In this document: in pieces, positions 57,668 through 64,000 of the stretch | Layout: every line of letters begins with the position of its first letter | How positions within the stretch are numbered: the first letter of the stretch is position 1 | Source: an uncultured Eubacteriales bacterium | GTDB lineage: Bacteria; Bacillota; Clostridia; Monoglobales; Monoglobaceae | Direction of reading: 5' to 3' | DNA length: 64,000 bases | Assembly: GCA_905198865.1 (NCBI GenBank) | Contig: CAJKEB010000004.1 | Location: 2,117 to 66,116, forward strand | Translations under genes and position numbers: made by a program | The notes under the pieces: generated by a model | The model's input: only the letters and a program-made list of their open reading frames with translations | Database searches by the model: none | Told to the model about the DNA's origin: nothing

Positions 57668-59443
57668 TTATTCCTCCTCCCTCTTGCTTGAAATAATTTC
57701 TGAAATTTCAGTATTTAATCTTTCAGAAATCTTTGAATATTCTGAGTGTAAATCATTGCCGTTATAATATTTAAACCTGCCAATCTGTTCGCGAACAGAT
57801 AGTGCAAGCAAATCATCTGCACCGCAGCCTCGGTCAAGAGCTTCAATGCTGCTGTCATAGAATTCCATCAAAAGCTTCATCATTAAGAACTGCTTCTCAA
57901 GCGGCGTATACGTGTCAATTTCATGAAAGGCATTCTGATGCAAAAAGTCTTCACGTACCGAACGTGCAGCCTCGAGCTTAATTCTGTCGGCCGGTGAGAG
58001 TGCGTCCATTCCGACCATTTTAACAATCTCATCAAGCTCGGCTTCCTCCTGAAGAAGCTTCATCAGTCTGCCTCTTAAATTCATCCACTCATTGTCTACG
58101 TTTTCATTGAACCATTTCTCCATCGTATCTGTGTAAAGCGAATAACTTGTCAGCCAGTTGATTGCTGGAAAGTGGCGTTTATAGGCAAGATTGGCATCAA
58201 GACCCCAGAATACCTTTACAATACGCAAGGTTGCCTGAGATACCGGTTCGGAAATATCTCCGCCGGGAGGTGATACAGCGCCGATAACCGAAAGCGCACC
58301 TTCTTTATCCTCGTTTCCGAGTGTGATAATCCTGCCTGCTCTTTCATAAAACTGAGCAAGACGGCTGCCAAGATACGCAGGATAGCCTTCCTCTCCCGGC
58401 ATTTCCTCAAGTCTGCCGGACATTTCACGAAGCGCTTCAGCCCATCTTGAGGTGGAGTCAGCCATAAGAGCCACCGAATATCCCATATCGCGAAAATACT
58501 CAGCTATAGTTATACCTGTATATATTGACGCTTCACGTGCAGCAACCGGCATATCAGAAGTATTTGCTATTAAAACAGTTCTCTCCATCAGGGATTTCCC
58601 GGTTTTGGGATCGATAAGCTCAGGAAATTCATTGAGAACATCCGTCATCTCATTTCCACGCTCACCACAGCCTATATATACCACAATATCAGCATCAGCC
58701 CACTTAGCAAGCTGGTGCTGTACAACAGTTTTTCCGCTGCCGAACGGACCGGGAACCGATGCAACTCCGCCTTTCGCTATCGGAAACAGAGTATCAATAA
58801 CTCTCTGACCTGTCACGAGCGGCATATCGGGCGATAGTTTTTTCTTATATGGTCTGCCTCGGCGAACCGGCCACTTTTGCATGAGCGAAACACTTATTTC
58901 AGTACCGTCATCGCTTTTTATAACTGCAACTACTTCATCAACATGATAGTTTCCGCTGTTTATTTTTGTTATAGTGCCGCTTATGCCGGGCGCAACCATT
59001 ATCTTTTGAGTTACAACATCGGTTTCTTTAACGGTGCCGATGACATCTCCGCCGGTTACCTTATCTCCTGTCTTGGCTGACGCTTCAAATTTCCATTTCT
59101 TATCACGCTTAAGAGACGGAACTTCAACGCCTCTTTTGAGGTTATTTCCGGCTAATTTCATAATATCATCAAGAGGTCTTTGGATACCGTCAAATATACT
59201 GCCGATAAGACCGGGGCCAAGCTCAACACTGAGCGGCATGCCGGTAGTAACCACAGGTGTTCCCGGGCCGAGACCTGATGTTTCTTCATATACCTGAACG
59301 GACGCTCTGTCGCCGTGCATCTCAATAATTTCACCAATCAGGTGTTCTTCGCCTACGCGAACAACGTCAAACATATTACATTCTTTCATTCCCTCTGCAA
59401 TAACCAAAGGACCGGCAACTTTTTTAATAGTACCGCTCTGCAT
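57668..59443 (-). CDS. ntpA: V/A-type ATPase subunit A
   Basis: [28 protein letters not shown]; no intein. Confidence 0.96.
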   Translation of the reverse strand: MQSGTIKKVAGPLVIAEGMKECNMFDVVRVGEEHLIGEIIEMHGDRASVQVYEETSGLGPGTPVVTTGMPLSVELGPGLIGSIFDGIQRPLDDIMKLAGNNLKRGVEVPSLKRDKKWKFEASAKTGDKVTGGDVIGTVKETDVVTQKIMVAPGISGTITKINSGNYHVDEVVAVIKSDDGTEISVSLMQKWPVRRGRPYKKKLSPDMPLVTGQRVIDTLFPIAKGGVASVPGPFGSGKTVVQHQLAKWADADIVVYIGCGERGNEMTDVLNEFPELIDPKTGKSLMERTVLIANTSDMPVAAREASIYTGITIAEYFRDMGYSVALMADSTSRWAEALREMSGRLEEMPGEEGYPAYLGSRLAQFYERAGRIITLGNEDKEGALSVIGAVSPPGGDISEPVSQATLRIVKVFWGLDANLAYKRHFPAINWLTSYSLYTDTMEKWFNENVDNEWMNLRGRLMKLLQEEAELDEIVKMVGMDALSPADRIKLEAARSVREDFLHQNAFHEIDTYTPLEKQFLMMKLLMEFYDSSIEALDRGCGADDLLALSVREQIGRFKYYNGNDLHSEYSKISERLNTEISEIISSKREEE

Positions 59444-59482
59444 AAACATCACTTCCTAATCAAATTATAACTGAATTTATAA

Positions 59483-59800
59483 TTAATCATTAAATATAAT
59501 ATCTGAACCTACGGCTTTTTCAACCGAATTTTTTAACTCTCTCATACCTGCCCCTGTATTTCCGGAAATGCCCGGAATAAGTATTACTGCAGGTATAGGG
59601 CTTTCATCATACTTTGCTATATCTTCGCTTATCATTGAAGCGGTTTTTTCTGTAATATAAATCACAGCAGTTGCGGCGTCAGCCAGCTGTTTAAAAACAG
59701 TTTTCGCCGACTGTTCATCATCTGTAAAATACGTATTAAACCCAAGAGCGCCAAAACCTGCAATACTGTCTTTATCACCCATAACGGCAATATTATACAT
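59483..59800 (-). CDS. V/A-type ATPase subunit F
   Basis: IAVMGDKDSI.GF.ALG, VEKAVGSDI. Confidence 0.92.
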   Translation of the reverse strand: MYNIAVMGDKDSIAGFGALGFNTYFTDDEQSAKTVFKQLADAATAVIYITEKTASMISEDIAKYDESPIPAVILIPGISGNTGAGMRELKNSVEKAVGSDIIFND

Positions 59801-60761
59801 ATAAATCACGAATCCTTTCACGTATAAACTCGTTATCAAGCTCGTTTTTCTTGCCTGCAAGCACGATTTGCACAGCCTTCAGTTCGTTTTGCTTTGCCAA
59901 TATATAAGCGAATAAAGGCTGTATTGTAAACGGATTTGACTTTTGATTTTTAATAAGGTTTATAATAAGATTATCCGACCACTTTTCAAATTCAGACATC
60001 GAAATCTTGAGTTTCTCTACTGCTTCATGATAATCCGAATGTTCAAGGTATTTATAAATCTCATCTACTCCTTTAGCCGCAACACTTCCAAGAGAATCAA
60101 TATCAATGCTTCTGCAATTTACCAGTGCGTCATCAAAAAATTGCTTGTGCTTCATCATTTTCGCGCCTCTGACTGCAATTTTGATGTTGCATAAAGCGAC
60201 ATACAGCTCGGTATAATCCCGAATTATATCAACCTTTGAATCGGCTCCGTCCCGAATCATTCTTTCAAGACACGCCTTATCAATATAAATATCGCTTTCT
60301 TGCCCATCGGTTGTCTTAGCAAATTTATTTACCGCAATTTCGGCAGGTTCCCTTAAAAACTCCGGAAGCTCGGTGAAAGATTTATGTTTCACAGCTTCAA
60401 GTATGACCTCCGGTTCGACTGTACCTCCGCTGCGGAAATAATCTGTTGTGGTTTCAGAGGTAAAAACCATTTTAACAGCGGCCTTCAGATTATGATAATC
60501 TATAGGGCGAAAAATTGTCTCAAACGGTTTTGTATCAGGAACAAGCTCGTGTATCAAATTCCACATTTTTTCTGTTTCGTCCTCTCTCAGCTCATCGAAG
60601 TCAGAATATATGCGGTCATTTCCATAGCCACGCTCGGTTAAATACTTAATCGCAGCATCAAAATCCGGACATGTAATCAATTGTTCAATATCATTCTTTG
60701 AAAGTAAATCACTTTCTCTTGCATGAATTCGTGATACTGCATAAGTATATAATTCAGCCAT
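59793..60761 (-). CDS. ntpC: V/A-type ATPase subunit C
   Basis: YAVSRIHARE..LL, DYHNLK, IRERIRDLYV. Confidence 0.9.
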   Translation of the reverse strand: MAELYTYAVSRIHARESDLLSKNDIEQLITCPDFDAAIKYLTERGYGNDRIYSDFDELREDETEKMWNLIHELVPDTKPFETIFRPIDYHNLKAAVKMVFTSETTTDYFRSGGTVEPEVILEAVKHKSFTELPEFLREPAEIAVNKFAKTTDGQESDIYIDKACLERMIRDGADSKVDIIRDYTELYVALCNIKIAVRGAKMMKHKQFFDDALVNCRSIDIDSLGSVAAKGVDEIYKYLEHSDYHEAVEKLKISMSEFEKWSDNLIINLIKNQKSNPFTIQPLFAYILAKQNELKAVQIVLAGKKNELDNEFIRERIRDLYV

Positions 60762-60825
60762 TACTATTCCTCCGTTTCATTTACATGTGTCAAATTAAGC
60801 AGACGACCGGCTGACAGGCATAAAG

Positions 60826-61422
60826 TTAAACGAACAGGATTTTGCTTACATTTGTCTTAATATTATCGAGTTCTGCTTCAACAACCGCATCTATTGTACA
60901 ATTATCCTCTATACCGCCGTACTTAATCTTAAAACCGGCATCAATCGTATTGTCTGAATCAATTGTTATATTGGGATAGCTATTTTTAAGCATATTCTCA
61001 AAATCAGCAGTCATGCGCTTTATATCATGCTCATTCATATAAAGTGTTCCATCACTTTTCGTATCTGCTGCATATTTAGCAATTAATGATTTCATTAATT
61101 CAAAATATTTTTTGTCATCAAACTTTTTTATTTTATTAATTCCATCAGTAATTGACATGTTCAAAATTTTCTGCTTTTCAGCAAGGATTTTCTGATTTTC
61201 ATCGTGCTTCAAAGCATTCTTTTGGTGCTCAACGGTTTCACTGAACAACACATCCGCTTTATTAACAGCCTCATTCTTCATACTTGCCGCAGTTTTTTCG
61301 GCGGATTTGATAATAGTCTCCGCTTTAGATTTTGCTTCTAATAAAATACGGCTAACATTTTTTTCGGATTCGCTGTTAATACAGCTCAGGATTGTGTCAA
61401 GTCCTCCAACAGTCGTAGTCAT
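60826..61422 (-). CDS. ntpE: V/A-type ATPase subunit E
   Basis: Coiled-coil N-half, GFKIKYGGIEDNCT; operon position. Confidence 0.85.
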   Translation of the reverse strand: MTTTVGGLDTILSCINSESEKNVSRILLEAKSKAETIIKSAEKTAASMKNEAVNKADVLFSETVEHQKNALKHDENQKILAEKQKILNMSITDGINKIKKFDDKKYFELMKSLIAKYAADTKSDGTLYMNEHDIKRMTADFENMLKNSYPNITIDSDNTIDAGFKIKYGGIEDNCTIDAVVEAELDNIKTNVSKILFV

Positions 61423-61434
61423 GTTATCCTCTCC

Positions 61435-63955
<2,521 letters not shown>

Positions 63956-64000
63956 ACTTGCACTTCCTTTCTTTCAGCATTAATAATTTCTGAGCTAAAC

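Noticed and set aside
63956..64000. 3' end of the upstream V-ATPase subunit G/H gene
   Set aside because: Only 45 bp are visible and the frame cannot be determined.

Overview
Chromosomal window from a low-GC, spore-forming Clostridia-type Firmicute (TRAP, SigE, SigH, BofA, YunB, SleC-like, SLH protein, Na+-type V/A-ATPase). About 60 mostly housekeeping genes, strongly biased to the minus strand. I found no rRNA, tRNA, CRISPR array, IS element or prophage. Canonical clostridial operons are broken and reshuffled (no argR between nadK and recN, no pfkA between mtrB and pyk, no sigG after sigE, his genes split in two). Most notable: (1) a putative hisD-like / hisB-like / HAD operon whose HisD and HisB have non-canonical metal ligands; (2) a single-ORF HisZ-HisG fusion; (3) an in-frame SpoIIGA-pro-SigE fusion that keeps an internal RBS; (4) a SleC-like cortex hydrolase split into separate pre/pro-domain and catalytic genes; (5) a DnaA-box cluster with no dnaA nearby; (6) a dif-like 11-6-11 palindrome upstream of a Xer recombinase; (7) two candidate unannotated structured RNAs, at ~25.1 kb and in the rpsU 3' region. 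All calls come from reading motifs by eye; no database searches were run.
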